Assembly: GCA_016219865.1 (NCBI GenBank)
Contig: JACRKF010000033.1
Span: 123,954 to 187,953 of the forward strand
Source: Candidatus Woesearchaeota archaeon
GTDB taxonomy: Archaea; Nanobdellota; Nanobdellia; Woesearchaeales; DSVV01
Reading direction: 5' to 3'
Length of the DNA: 64,000 nt
Shown in pieces: positions 48,330 through 59,100 of the stretch. The position numbers were made by a program, and so were the translations under genes. The stretch's first letter is position 1; each line of letters starts with the position of its first letter. The notes beneath the pieces are model-generated. The model searched no databases and was not told the origin of the DNA. It saw only the letters and a program-made list of their open reading frames with translations.

Positions 48330-49403
48330 ATGAAACAAATTTCACTTGTAAAACAGATGATAAAAAGTAAACTTACGAGTACGCCCTACAAATTAAACTT
48401 TGTAACAACAGCAGCATGCAACAGCAAATGTGTAACTTGCAACATTTGGAAAGTTTATTTAGATAATCCTGCTGTAATAAAAAATGAATTAACATTAGAT
48501 GAATTAAAAAAAATATTTGATGCTCTTCCTGATACAATTAGTTGGCTGAGTTTAACAGGTGGTGAACCTTTTCTTAGAACAGATTTGGCTGACATCATGA
48601 TTGAAGCGCAGAAAAGAATTAAAAATCTTAAATTATTAAGCATGCCAAATAATGGATTAATTCCAGAAAGAGTAATTGATTGTTTAAAAAAAGTTCTTGC
48701 AGATAAAAAGCACGTTCCAATAATCATGACCTTTTCAATTGATGGTCCTGAAGAAATCCATGATGTTGTTCGCGGTGTAAAAGGCGGATACAGGAGAACA
48801 ATGGATGCATATACGCAAGTGAAAGAGCTTACAAAAGATGATCCTCATTTTCTTGTAGCAATAGAAACAACAATCTCCTCTAGAAATGTTAAATACTTAT
48901 ATGATTGGTTTGAAATTTTGTTTAAGCAAGACCATAAAGTTTCGGTTACAGTTGCTCATGAAGCTTATTTATACAAAAATACAAGTAATCAATTAGGGAT
49001 TACACCTCGAGATCATATTGCTGAGATTAAAAGGATTACAAAACTATTTAATAAACATTTAAGCGTTATGAATCCAAAACAATTGATGGAGCGATTATAT
49101 ATGAAGAAAATCCCAGTATTTCTCGAGAAGAATGATAATAAGCAGATAGTGCCTTGTCAATCATTATCAGCTTCAATTGCGATGAATTCATTCGGAGAAT
49201 TAACACCTTGTTTAATGTGGGATAAGAAACTTGCAAACATAAGAGAATTCGATTACGATTTAAAAAAAGTGCTTGCATTGCAGTCAACAAAAGATGTTCG
49301 TCAGATGATCAAACTGGAGAAATGTCCAAATTGCTGGACCCCGTGTGAAGCATATCAAAGTATTTTCTGGGCTTTAGCGAATGGAAAATATCTGAAAGCA
49401 TAA
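48330..49403 (+). CDS. Radical SAM protein with SPASM/Twitch domain
   Basis: CNSKCVTC, TGGEPF, PC...CPNCWTPC; ATG 48330 follows GGAGG. Confidence 0.88.
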   Translation: MKQISLVKQMIKSKLTSTPYKLNFVTTAACNSKCVTCNIWKVYLDNPAVIKNELTLDELKKIFDALPDTISWLSLTGGEPFLRTDLADIMIEAQKRIKNLKLLSMPNNGLIPERVIDCLKKVLADKKHVPIIMTFSIDGPEEIHDVVRGVKGGYRRTMDAYTQVKELTKDDPHFLVAIETTISSRNVKYLYDWFEILFKQDHKVSVTVAHEAYLYKNTSNQLGITPRDHIAEIKRITKLFNKHLSVMNPKQLMERLYMKKIPVFLEKNDNKQIVPCQSLSASIAMNSFGELTPCLMWDKKLANIREFDYDLKKVLALQSTKDVRQMIKLEKCPNCWTPCEAYQSIFWALANGKYLKA

Positions 49404-49478
49404 TTAATTTTGCAAAACTCTTGTTTTGCAAAATTATTCCACAAGCAATATAAAGCCTTCTTTTTACACATACAAATA

Positions 49479-51128
49479 ATGGTAAAATTAGTTAATCTCA
49501 TCAAAGAACATAAAGAATTAGTGTTAATTCTTTTGATTTTTGCTATCTTAAAATTAACTTTTCTTTCTCACCCATTAGTCAGCTTAGAATACATGTACAC
49601 AACACCAGCAGAAAGAATCATACAACACAATTTCTCATTTAACTGGAACTATCTGATGTACTATTTTGAAAATATGTCAAATCCATTATTAACTTCATTT
49701 ATAATAATTCCTGGAATACTTTTGTTTGGTTTCTCAGAATTTATTGCAAGATTTCCAATTCTTATTGCTGCAATACTTTTCTTATTAACAATTTATTATT
49801 TCGCAAATAATTTTTATAATAAAAAGATAGCAATAATCGCAACTCTTTTATTTGCGTTGAATCCATTAATCTGGCTTTATAGTGGGCAGATTACAACTGA
49901 TATTATTTTCACATTTTTTATATCTATTGCTTTGCTTTTCTGCATTAATGGACTGCTTAATAAAAAATATTTAAACATTTTCATCTCAGCTATATTTATT
50001 GCTCTTGCAATGCTGACAAAATATATTGCATCATTATATTATATATTGATTCTGATTTTCATACTTGTCACAGTGCAAGAATCAACCAAAAAATATGTTT
50101 TTTCATTGCAGAATCTGAAAAGAATTATTTTACAAGGCTTACCCTATTTATTATTTCTGGCAATCTTAGTTATTCCTTATATCTTATTGATGTTTCTCCA
50201 ATTTGGATTTGTAATGCACCCAAACTTAGTTGATTTAGCATGGAGAGATGGTGGAATTTTACAGCAATTGCCTCTCAGAATTTTTGGTTATTTTGTCTGG
50301 GCAGCTATTTTTATTGGGTTGCTTTATCCTGTAGTTTTATATGATCTTTACAGCAGATTAAAGAGATACATTTCCATGAAGCAAATAATATTTTTCACAT
50401 CTTTGCTAGTTGTTCTTAATCTAATTTTATTTTTCTCAATTGATCTTGCAAAATTACATTATCTTGGAGAACTTCATTTTGGAGGTTTGACAGCATTGTT
50501 CTCACTGTTTATTTTAAAATTAATACTCGCTGTTCTTCTTTTCCTTGGAGAATTGTTAGTAATAACAATTCTCCTTTGGTTTATACAAGGCAATCTGTTA
50601 GAAAAATATCTTTCATTCTGGATACTTTATTCATTTGTTGTATTAGCAACAGCTCGTCCAACACAGCGATATTTGATGCTTATTCTCCCTCCACTCGTAA
50701 TCTATTTAGCTCTAATGATTAATCAACTGCTCCAAAATATAAAAATAAGAAAATATGCCTTCTTGATAGTAGCATTGCATATTTTTTTATTTTTATTGGC
50801 AAACCTCTTTTTGTCAGTCTACGAATACAAACTAGGTTATGCTGCAAAAGATATTGCTGATTACATCAAACAAAATAATTTAGAAACACAGATTAATTTT
50901 GACATTATTGGTCACAATTATTATCTTTTGATTGACACTCAAACTTATCCATTAGACAATCGAAATCTTGTGCTTTTTGCTGATACTCGTCCATATCTTG
51001 CAACTGACAAAAGCAATCTTGGTAAAGGAAAGTTTGCTGGAGAGTTTGATATAGTCAAAGAATCAAAAGTAGAAATTCTTGGTATAAAGATTAAAGATTT
51101 TGTAGTTGCAAAGAGGCTAAACAAATAG
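49479..51128 (+). CDS. GT-C fold (PMT/ArnT-like) membrane glycosyltransferase
   Basis: Multi-TM; GFSEFIARFP, LTKY, QRYL motifs. Confidence 0.75.
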   Translation: MVKLVNLIKEHKELVLILLIFAILKLTFLSHPLVSLEYMYTTPAERIIQHNFSFNWNYLMYYFENMSNPLLTSFIIIPGILLFGFSEFIARFPILIAAILFLLTIYYFANNFYNKKIAIIATLLFALNPLIWLYSGQITTDIIFTFFISIALLFCINGLLNKKYLNIFISAIFIALAMLTKYIASLYYILILIFILVTVQESTKKYVFSLQNLKRIILQGLPYLLFLAILVIPYILLMFLQFGFVMHPNLVDLAWRDGGILQQLPLRIFGYFVWAAIFIGLLYPVVLYDLYSRLKRYISMKQIIFFTSLLVVLNLILFFSIDLAKLHYLGELHFGGLTALFSLFILKLILAVLLFLGELLVITILLWFIQGNLLEKYLSFWILYSFVVLATARPTQRYLMLILPPLVIYLALMINQLLQNIKIRKYAFLIVALHIFLFLLANLFLSVYEYKLGYAAKDIADYIKQNNLETQINFDIIGHNYYLLIDTQTYPLDNRNLVLFADTRPYLATDKSNLGKGKFAGEFDIVKESKVEILGIKIKDFVVAKRLNK

Positions 51129-51271
51129 ATTTATATATAACTATTCTTTAAGAATATATTATTATTATTATATTATTTTAATGAATTTTTTTATATTATG
51201 AGCGGTAAATTAATTGCGAGGCAATTATGGCTTTTGATTTCGAATAAATAAAAAAAAGAAGGTGTTTAATT

Positions 51272-52825
51272 ATGGGAAAAAAAGAGAATTCAGGATGTAT
51301 GTCTAAATATTATTTAGCATTAGTTGCAATTGTCGCAATTGTTGCGATTGTGAGTTTGTTTAAGTTAGCAGGAGGAAGTTCTGGTGGTTCATCATCAGGA
51401 TTATTCAGTGCAAATAAAGATTTGACTGGAAATGCTGTCTATGTTGCGCAAGATGTTTACTCAATTAAACCAAAGACTGATATTAAACTTTATGAAAAAG
51501 ACACCAAATCATGTACTGGTTTAACATCAATCGATGTTGATTCAGTATTAAATAAGTCAGAAGTAAAGGTTGTACGGTTAGTTGAAACAATAAAATTAGG
51601 TAAAAAACAAAAGAAAGAGGTAGCTGTAAGCCTCGCATCAAAGTGTTATAATTCTAAAGAACCAAATACATTACTCCATTATTATTGTGATCAAAATCTT
51701 GCTCATATTGTAAGATTAGATTGTAAAAATGGTTGTAAAGATGGCGCATGTATTGCTCCTCCAGTTCCTGTTGCAGTTCAACAACCGATTTCTTGTGAAG
51801 AAGATAATGAATGTCCTTCTGGTTCAGTATGTGATACAGCATCAACATGGACATGCGTACCAAGTACTTCTGCGCCAAGTGCTCCATCACCAAAAGAAGA
51901 AACAAAAGAAGTTCAAAAAGTGCCAATTGAAACTGCCGAAACTGCCCAGCAAAAAGAGCAAAAAATCTCAATAACTCCGCAATGTGATATTATATATGAT
52001 TATAATGGAGACGGTTATGTTGGAAAGAAAGATAGTGACTTTTTATCTCAGTTGTTATTAAAAACAGTTACATGTCCTACTGGAAAAACGTGTGATATTA
52101 ATGGAGATAAGAAAGTAAGCAGTGTTGATCTTCAATTATTTGTAACTAAAAACCAAGCTTGTATAGATGCATCAGCTGCTAATCCAGCTTTAGAAAAATC
52201 AGTTTGTGGCAATAATTTTATTGAAACAGGAGAATTATGTGATGGGATTCAATTAATCTCCAAAACTTGTCCAGCAGGAAAAACAGGAAGTATTGTATGT
52301 AAAAGTGATTGCAGTGATGTAGATACAAGTGGATGTAAATCTTTAGCAGAAACTTGTAAAGAAACAGCTAAGACTATAGAATCTGGTATTCTTATGAATG
52401 GTGCTTACACACCAACTACTTATCAGAAAGGCAAGTCTTATTGTGGTTCAGCGCTAGTGCTAGTAATTGCTGAATTATCCTATAAAGCTGCAAGTGTTAC
52501 ACCATTAAAATGTGAAAATGGAATCATTGTTAATCAAACAACAATTTGTCCAAATGGTTGTGATACAGAATCAGGAAAGTGTAAATTAGACTGTAATACA
52601 TTATCTTTAAATGATACAACCTGGGTGAATTACACCAATCCATACAGCGATAGTCCGCCTTATTATGCAACACCAACATATAGGTGTAATAGTGAATGGA
52701 GTAGTATTAAAGGAAATTATTGGACATTAGTTAACACATCTTGTAATTATTTAAACAATTCAGCAGGAGTTGAAACAAAAGAATGTTTTACTAAGTGTGA
52801 TAAAATAAATGGTATGTGCCAATAA
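51272..52825 (+). CDS. Cys-rich membrane-anchored surface protein with a dockerin/EF-hand-like pair
   Basis: N-terminal TM then LTGNAV; DYNGDGYV..D and DINGDKKV..D; CGNNFIETGELCDG; many Cys. Confidence 0.75.
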   Translation: MGKKENSGCMSKYYLALVAIVAIVAIVSLFKLAGGSSGGSSSGLFSANKDLTGNAVYVAQDVYSIKPKTDIKLYEKDTKSCTGLTSIDVDSVLNKSEVKVVRLVETIKLGKKQKKEVAVSLASKCYNSKEPNTLLHYYCDQNLAHIVRLDCKNGCKDGACIAPPVPVAVQQPISCEEDNECPSGSVCDTASTWTCVPSTSAPSAPSPKEETKEVQKVPIETAETAQQKEQKISITPQCDIIYDYNGDGYVGKKDSDFLSQLLLKTVTCPTGKTCDINGDKKVSSVDLQLFVTKNQACIDASAANPALEKSVCGNNFIETGELCDGIQLISKTCPAGKTGSIVCKSDCSDVDTSGCKSLAETCKETAKTIESGILMNGAYTPTTYQKGKSYCGSALVLVIAELSYKAASVTPLKCENGIIVNQTTICPNGCDTESGKCKLDCNTLSLNDTTWVNYTNPYSDSPPYYATPTYRCNSEWSSIKGNYWTLVNTSCNYLNNSAGVETKECFTKCDKINGMCQ

Positions 52826-52927
52826 TTAATTTTTTTCTCTTTTTTTTGCATTGTGAGGAGAATTTTACAAATTCTCCAAACAAGCAAAAAAATACATTTA
52901 TAAACCAAACACCATTTATCTCTTGTC

Positions 52928-54049
52928 ATGACTCATGAACATTCATCATTATTCGGATTGCCTAATGAGGAGAATTTTGCGTTGCAAAATTCTCTCAAAC
53001 AAAAATTATTGGTAAAAGATGACTTATTTACAGATATTCTTGGACAGCAGAAAGTAAAACATAATCTAAAGTCTGCATTATTAATGTCTAGGCACGTTAT
53101 TATTCTTGGCCCTCCAGGAATTGGCAAGACAACATTGGCAAAAAATATTGCAAAATTATTGCCAAGCATCACAGTTAATGATTGTGGTTATCATTGCACT
53201 CCGGAGAATCCAATCTGTCCATCATGCTTGCAAGCGCATCAACAGAGACACAAGATAAAGACAAAAGAGATTTCTGGAACAGAACGTTTCATCAGAGTGC
53301 AAGGTTCTCCTGATTTAACTGCTGAAGATCTGCTTGGAGACATTGATCCTGTCAAAGCTATTAAATTTGGTGGATTAAGCATTGAAGCATTTACACCAGG
53401 AAAAATATTTAAGGCAAACAATGGTATTTTATTCTTTGACGAATTAAATCGAGCGCCAGAAAAACTGCAGAATGCATTATTGCAAGTTTTAGAAGAAGGA
53501 AAAATAACAATTGGCAGTTACGATGTTGATTTTCAGGTTAATTTTATTTTTATTGCAACGATGAATCCAAAAGATGCAACAACAGAAAGATTAGCGGATG
53601 TATTGCTTGACCGTTTTGATATGTTGTATATGGGATATCCTGAAACTATTGCAATTGAGATGAAAATCTTAGAATTGAAAGGAAAAAAGCTTCCAGTAAC
53701 TTTTCCAGAGCATTTGATACATTACATTGTTGCATTTATCCATGAATTGAGAGATAACAAAAATCTTGAGCAAGTGCCAAGTGTGCGAGCAACTTTAGGG
53801 TTATATGAACGAAGCCAAAGCAATGCTCTTCTAAAAAATCATAAAGAAGTTGCAATGGAAGACATCAAAGAAGTGATGGAATCAGTTCTTCCTCACAGAA
53901 TAAAATTAAAGCCAAGTGTAAAATTATTATCAGATCCCGCGCAATTTGTGAAAGATGAATTGGAAAGATTTTCTGATTCCAAACAATATCGAGAATCAAA
54001 AAGAACTATGGAAGAAGATCTTGAAACTACGCGGGATGGTTCTACCTGA
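52928..54049 (+). CDS. ChlI/MoxR-like AAA+ ATPase
   Basis: GPPGIGKT, FFDELNR, ATMNP, LLDRF. Confidence 0.88.
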   Translation: MTHEHSSLFGLPNEENFALQNSLKQKLLVKDDLFTDILGQQKVKHNLKSALLMSRHVIILGPPGIGKTTLAKNIAKLLPSITVNDCGYHCTPENPICPSCLQAHQQRHKIKTKEISGTERFIRVQGSPDLTAEDLLGDIDPVKAIKFGGLSIEAFTPGKIFKANNGILFFDELNRAPEKLQNALLQVLEEGKITIGSYDVDFQVNFIFIATMNPKDATTERLADVLLDRFDMLYMGYPETIAIEMKILELKGKKLPVTFPEHLIHYIVAFIHELRDNKNLEQVPSVRATLGLYERSQSNALLKNHKEVAMEDIKEVMESVLPHRIKLKPSVKLLSDPAQFVKDELERFSDSKQYRESKRTMEEDLETTRDGST

Positions 54050-55232
54050 CGAGAAAAAAAATGATAATGTTTCAGTTGCTTCAATGTCGCCAATTGAAGA
54101 ACTATCTGGCAAATTAAAATTTGAAAACGTTGACGACAAATTATTGCATTCTGTATTAGAAAATGACAAGCAAACAATTGATGAAGGCAGAATTATACAA
54201 GACGCAATTAATAATAATATCTCCTCATTCACTCCTGACCTAATGCTTGAAAATCTTGTAAAAGACTTTCAGCAGGCAAAGAATATTTATGGTGAAAGTA
54301 TTATGCGTCTTCTTTCAGGTTACAATTCAAATTATGTGGAAAAAAACATCAAGCTGCCGGAATTTCAGAGGGAACTAAGAAAAAAGATGAATGAAAAGCT
54401 GCATGAATTGAGGGATAAAAAACTAATCACAAAAGAAAATACAATCTCTGAAAAAGGTATAGAACTAGCATCTTTAATATTGTGTGTTGAAGAAATTAAT
54501 AATCTTTTGCCAACAGGTATTTTTGGGGAGAAAATACATAAAAAAAGAAATGTGTATGGTGATCCGATTGATATTAACAATTACAAAAAAGGTTCGCATT
54601 ACAGAAATATTGCTGTGCGTTCATCAATAAAAGTTGCTGCAAGAAGAAAACATAGCAATATTCTTTTAGAAGATCTGAGAGTTTATCAACGTCAGCAAAA
54701 AGGCGCAGTTTATTTAATTTACGCAGTTGATGCTTCAGGAAGCATGAAAGGCAAGAAGATAGCAACTGCAAAAAAAGCAGGCGTTGCATTAGCATATAAA
54801 GCAACAGAAGAGCAAGATAATGTTGGTTTGCTTGTATTTGGCAAAGAGGTTATCAATGAAGTGCATCCAACAACAAATTTTATAGAGTTATTAAAAGCAA
54901 TTGCAACAATTAAATCCTCCTCAGAAACAAATTTTTCTGCAATGATTGAACGTGCTATCCAATTATTTCCAACATTTCCTGCAACAAAACATTTGCTTAT
55001 TCTTTCAGATGCTTTGCCAACTTTTGGAGAAAATCCAATACAAGAAACACTTACTGCATGTGAAAAAGCATTGCTTGCTGGCATTACAATTTCTGTTATT
55101 GGCATTGATCTTGATAAGCAAGGAAAGCAATTAGCAGAAAACATAGTGCAGATTACCAACGGAAAGCTTTATGCTGTCAAGAACTTAGAGGAGCTTGACC
55201 AGATAGTGCTGCAGGATTATTATTCTTTATAA
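54036..55232 (+). CDS. vWA-domain partner protein
   Basis: MIDAS DASGSM, T, LSD; start codon uncertain. Confidence 0.85.
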   Translation: MVLPDEKKNDNVSVASMSPIEELSGKLKFENVDDKLLHSVLENDKQTIDEGRIIQDAINNNISSFTPDLMLENLVKDFQQAKNIYGESIMRLLSGYNSNYVEKNIKLPEFQRELRKKMNEKLHELRDKKLITKENTISEKGIELASLILCVEEINNLLPTGIFGEKIHKKRNVYGDPIDINNYKKGSHYRNIAVRSSIKVAARRKHSNILLEDLRVYQRQQKGAVYLIYAVDASGSMKGKKIATAKKAGVALAYKATEEQDNVGLLVFGKEVINEVHPTTNFIELLKAIATIKSSSETNFSAMIERAIQLFPTFPATKHLLILSDALPTFGENPIQETLTACEKALLAGITISVIGIDLDKQGKQLAENIVQITNGKLYAVKNLEELDQIVLQDYYSL

Positions 55233-55299
55233 TACCATATATTTATATAACAGCGCTCCTGTCCTATAAAAACCGACAGAATGGAGGTTTTTATTTAAT

Positions 55300-55896
55300 A
55301 TGAAGATATTGGCATGTTCAGATATTCATGGCAGTGTTAAAGCGCTGAATATAATAAAACAGAAAGTAAAATTTTCTGATATGGTCATCTGCTGTGGTGA
55401 TTTTACTATATTTGGCAATGGAATTGAAGCAATTCTAAAAATATTTAATTCTTTCAATAAACAAGTTTTATTGGTTGCTGGCAATCATGAAGATCATCTC
55501 AATCTAGAAAATATCTGCAAGAAATATAGCAATATACTTTATTTACATAATAAAGGTGTGGTTATCAATAATATTTTTTTCTTTGGCAATAACACAAATG
55601 GTTTTACTTACAATGATCAAGTATTTGAAAATGAAATAAAACACGTAATTCCTATTCTCAAGAAATACAAAGATAAAAAAAAAGTACTGCTTACTCATTC
55701 CCCTCCTTTTGGCACAAGAGCAGATTTAATAATTGACAGGCACTGCGGCAATAAATCAGTGCGTCATTTCTTGATTGAAAACAAAATAGATTACAGCTTC
55801 TGCGGTCATATTCATGAAGCAGCAAATACAATCACACAAATGCAAAAAACAGTTGTAGTAAACTCCGGCGCATATGGTGTGTTGGTAACTATCTGA
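55300..55896 (+). CDS. Calcineurin-like metallophosphoesterase
   Basis: SDIHG, GDF, GNHE, THSPP, GHIHE. Confidence 0.9.
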   Translation: MKILACSDIHGSVKALNIIKQKVKFSDMVICCGDFTIFGNGIEAILKIFNSFNKQVLLVAGNHEDHLNLENICKKYSNILYLHNKGVVINNIFFFGNNTNGFTYNDQVFENEIKHVIPILKKYKDKKKVLLTHSPPFGTRADLIIDRHCGNKSVRHFLIENKIDYSFCGHIHEAANTITQMQKTVVVNSGAYGVLVTI

Positions 55897-55976
55897 ATTG
55901 ATTAATGATTATATTTCCGATCATTTTTTATCTCAATTAATTTTTCATTGTTAATCTCTTTCGTAATCCTTTCTCT

Positions 55977-56012
55977 ATATTTGCTGAATGAGCAAAGCGA
56001 ATTCACAAATAT
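55977..56012 (+). repeat. GA-GA hairpin family, copy 10
   Basis: atatttgctgaat GA gc AAA gc GA attcacaaatat. Confidence 0.7.
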
Positions 56013-56169
56013 TATTCAGATATTTTTCCGAAAGGTTTAAATATAAGTATGCATCTAAATAATTTTAGCATTTTAATTTAGAAAAGTTTTATAGAGTTAT
56101 AATTATTTTTTTTATAGTAAAAAAGGTGGGTTATTCACAATGATAATTATAAAAAAGGGGTGTAAGTAA

Positions 56170-59100
56170 ATGGAGAAAAAGAGTATTCTAAGTATATTTC
56201 TGTTGATTTCAATCGTCATGTTTTCATCTCTCGCAATTGCTTCTGAAATAGTTTTGACAGGTACCTCTGTTGTTTCTCCATTTAATGTTACAAATGCTTC
56301 TAATGGTCCTTCTGGTGGTATACCTGTATTAGCATTGAAAGTATGGGACAATGGTTCAAGCACACTTGATAGTGTTGTTGTTTCTGTCGGTAATTTAACT
56401 GAAGATTTCAGTGGTGATGGTGATTTAGCAACACTCGGGACAGGTTCAAGTTCAGGATTACAGATCTACAAAGACTCAAATTCAAATGGTGTTTATGAAA
56501 GTGGCACTGATGCGCGATTAACATATTTGGTAACAGATTGGTCATCAAACACAAACAATATGCAAAACGTTACATTCAGCAGTATAAGTGGTTTGACATT
56601 GCCTTCAACAGTTCCTTCAACTGCAAATGTATTTGTTGTGATTAAAATGGTTGCAACACCTTCAAATGGCGCGCAATTCAATGTTTCAGTTTTAAAAGGT
56701 GCAGTTAAATCCTCCGGCAATGCAACAGGTACTGTAAATTCAACTGATGTAAGTTCAGGAAGAGTTTACATTGATACTTTAAATCCTTCAATCGCAGCTG
56801 GATTAGTAAATGCGCAAGTTAATGATACAGACAGAGATGGTTATGTGGACCAAGCACGATTATTATTTAATGAGAATGTTAATGATTCTATTATCTCTAT
56901 TACTGGTATGAGTATTGGTAATTTGAGTAATTTCACAGTAAGTACAAGTTCTGGTGGTTATTTGATGGATGGTTTGACATTCTGGACAGGCGGTACTGCA
57001 AATGATAATGAGTTATATGTCAATTTCACAGAGAATACTTTGATACGGTATACAAATCAATCATTTATGACATTCAATTACAGCACAAATGGTACTGTAA
57101 AAGATATGGCTGGAAACTCATTACAAACAATCACTAACAGGGTGCTTGGTGATGGCGCAGCTCCTATTCTCTTGAACATCACTACTAATGATACTGTGCT
57201 GGATGGTAAAGTAGATGCGCTTGTATTAACATTCTCTGAACCAATTAATGACACATTATTTAATATGAGTGCTTCTCCTGTAGCTTCATTATTCTCTGTT
57301 GCAAATGCTACATGGACAGGTGGCTATGTAAATGATGCAATCATGAGCATCAATCTCAGTCAATCAAATACTACAAAAGATGGTAACTTTACTGGTCATT
57401 TCAATGCAACATATGGTCGTGTTGGTATTGTAGCAGATTTATCAGCATTAAATGATGGTCTTGCAAATGAAAGTAAATTATGGGTAGGCAATATTACTCT
57501 GTTTGCAATAATTGATAGAGTTAGTCCTGTTTTAGAAAGATTTGAAACACTTGATACTGATAACAATGGTTGGTTGGATGCAATTAGAATTAATTTATCT
57601 GAATCAATTAATGATTCAACAATTAATCAAACAGTAGTAAATTTATTTAGTGTAACTCTTGCTACAGGTACAAATAATGAAACTGGTGCTAGCGCAAATA
57701 TGACAGGACAGTTAAACTTTACTGCAACATATGCTAGTGCAGATAGTGCAAATAATAATTTTATATTATTCAACTTTTCAGAACAATTTGCAAAATTAAA
57801 CACATCAGCGGGATTTGCATTAACCTACACATCTATTGGTAATGGTCTTTGTGATTTTGCAAGTGGTGGTGTAAACTGTCTTGTAACTAATGGTACAAAT
57901 GCATCAACAGGAGATAAAGCTCCACCAGTAATAATGAATGGGTTAACATATAATCTAACCATTAATCTTCCATTCCAAGGTTTATCAAGCAATGATTCAA
58001 CAATTGATTATATCAATTTAACCTTATCAGAAAGAGTTACTGCTGGAACAACAGCATCTTCATCATTTAGTTTGTCAGTTAACACTGTTAATGGTTCTGG
58101 AATTGGAAATGTGTTAGTATTGGGAACAAATAATGTAACTGTTGCAAGTATTAGCGCAAATGTAACAATTGGATTAAACGGTTTAGTTGTTGGTACAGGA
58201 AATGTTACATTAAATTATTCAGTTGTAGCTGGTGCATCAATCAATGATAGCAATGGAAACACAATGATTGCAAAAAATGGTATTCTTATAACAGATAATG
58301 TTAGGCCAGTTTTATACCAAGCAGATTATCTAGATAATGATTCAAATGGTTGGGTAGATGCAGTAAGATTAAACTTCACAGAACCAATGAACTTTTCAAG
58401 TCTTGATGCTGCTGTAAACAAAGGTGTTCCATCATCAAGAAACTTTTCAATAAAAGGTATTTCAACAGATCTTGGTGGCAATATAAATTTCACAACAGAA
58501 ATGAACAACACAGGTAATATAACTGGTGGTGTAAGTAGTATTGTATTCTTGTATTGGGCTGGAGCTAATAGAACACACAATACAAGTCCTGTGCTTATTA
58601 TGAATATTAGTGGTGTTGCTGCAGCAGCTCAATCTAATACAACACCTAATGGCGGTAATCCTCTTTCAGATACTTCTGGTCGAGGGTTTGAAGTAATCAA
58701 TGAAACTTCAATTGCTGATAAAGCAGCGCCTGTTATCATGAATGGTATTGCGTATGATGTTGATGCTGATGGTAAAATTGGAAACATCAACTTAACATTA
58801 AGCGAATATGTCAATAGTGGTCAAATGAATACATCAGCATTTAGTATTGTTGTTACAGATGGTACTATTACTGGTAGAAATATTTTAACTCCAGTTGGTG
58901 TTGGTATTACTGTTGGAGCAAATGTTACAATTTCATTCGCTGATTCTGTTGTTGGTACTGGTAATGTTACATTAAACTATACAATGCCTTCAACAGGTGG
59001 AAATTTCAACGATACAGTTGGTAATTTGATGGATAATAAATTCAGCTTTGCAATAATTGATAATGTCACACCTAAATTGCTGGCAAGAAATACTATGGAT

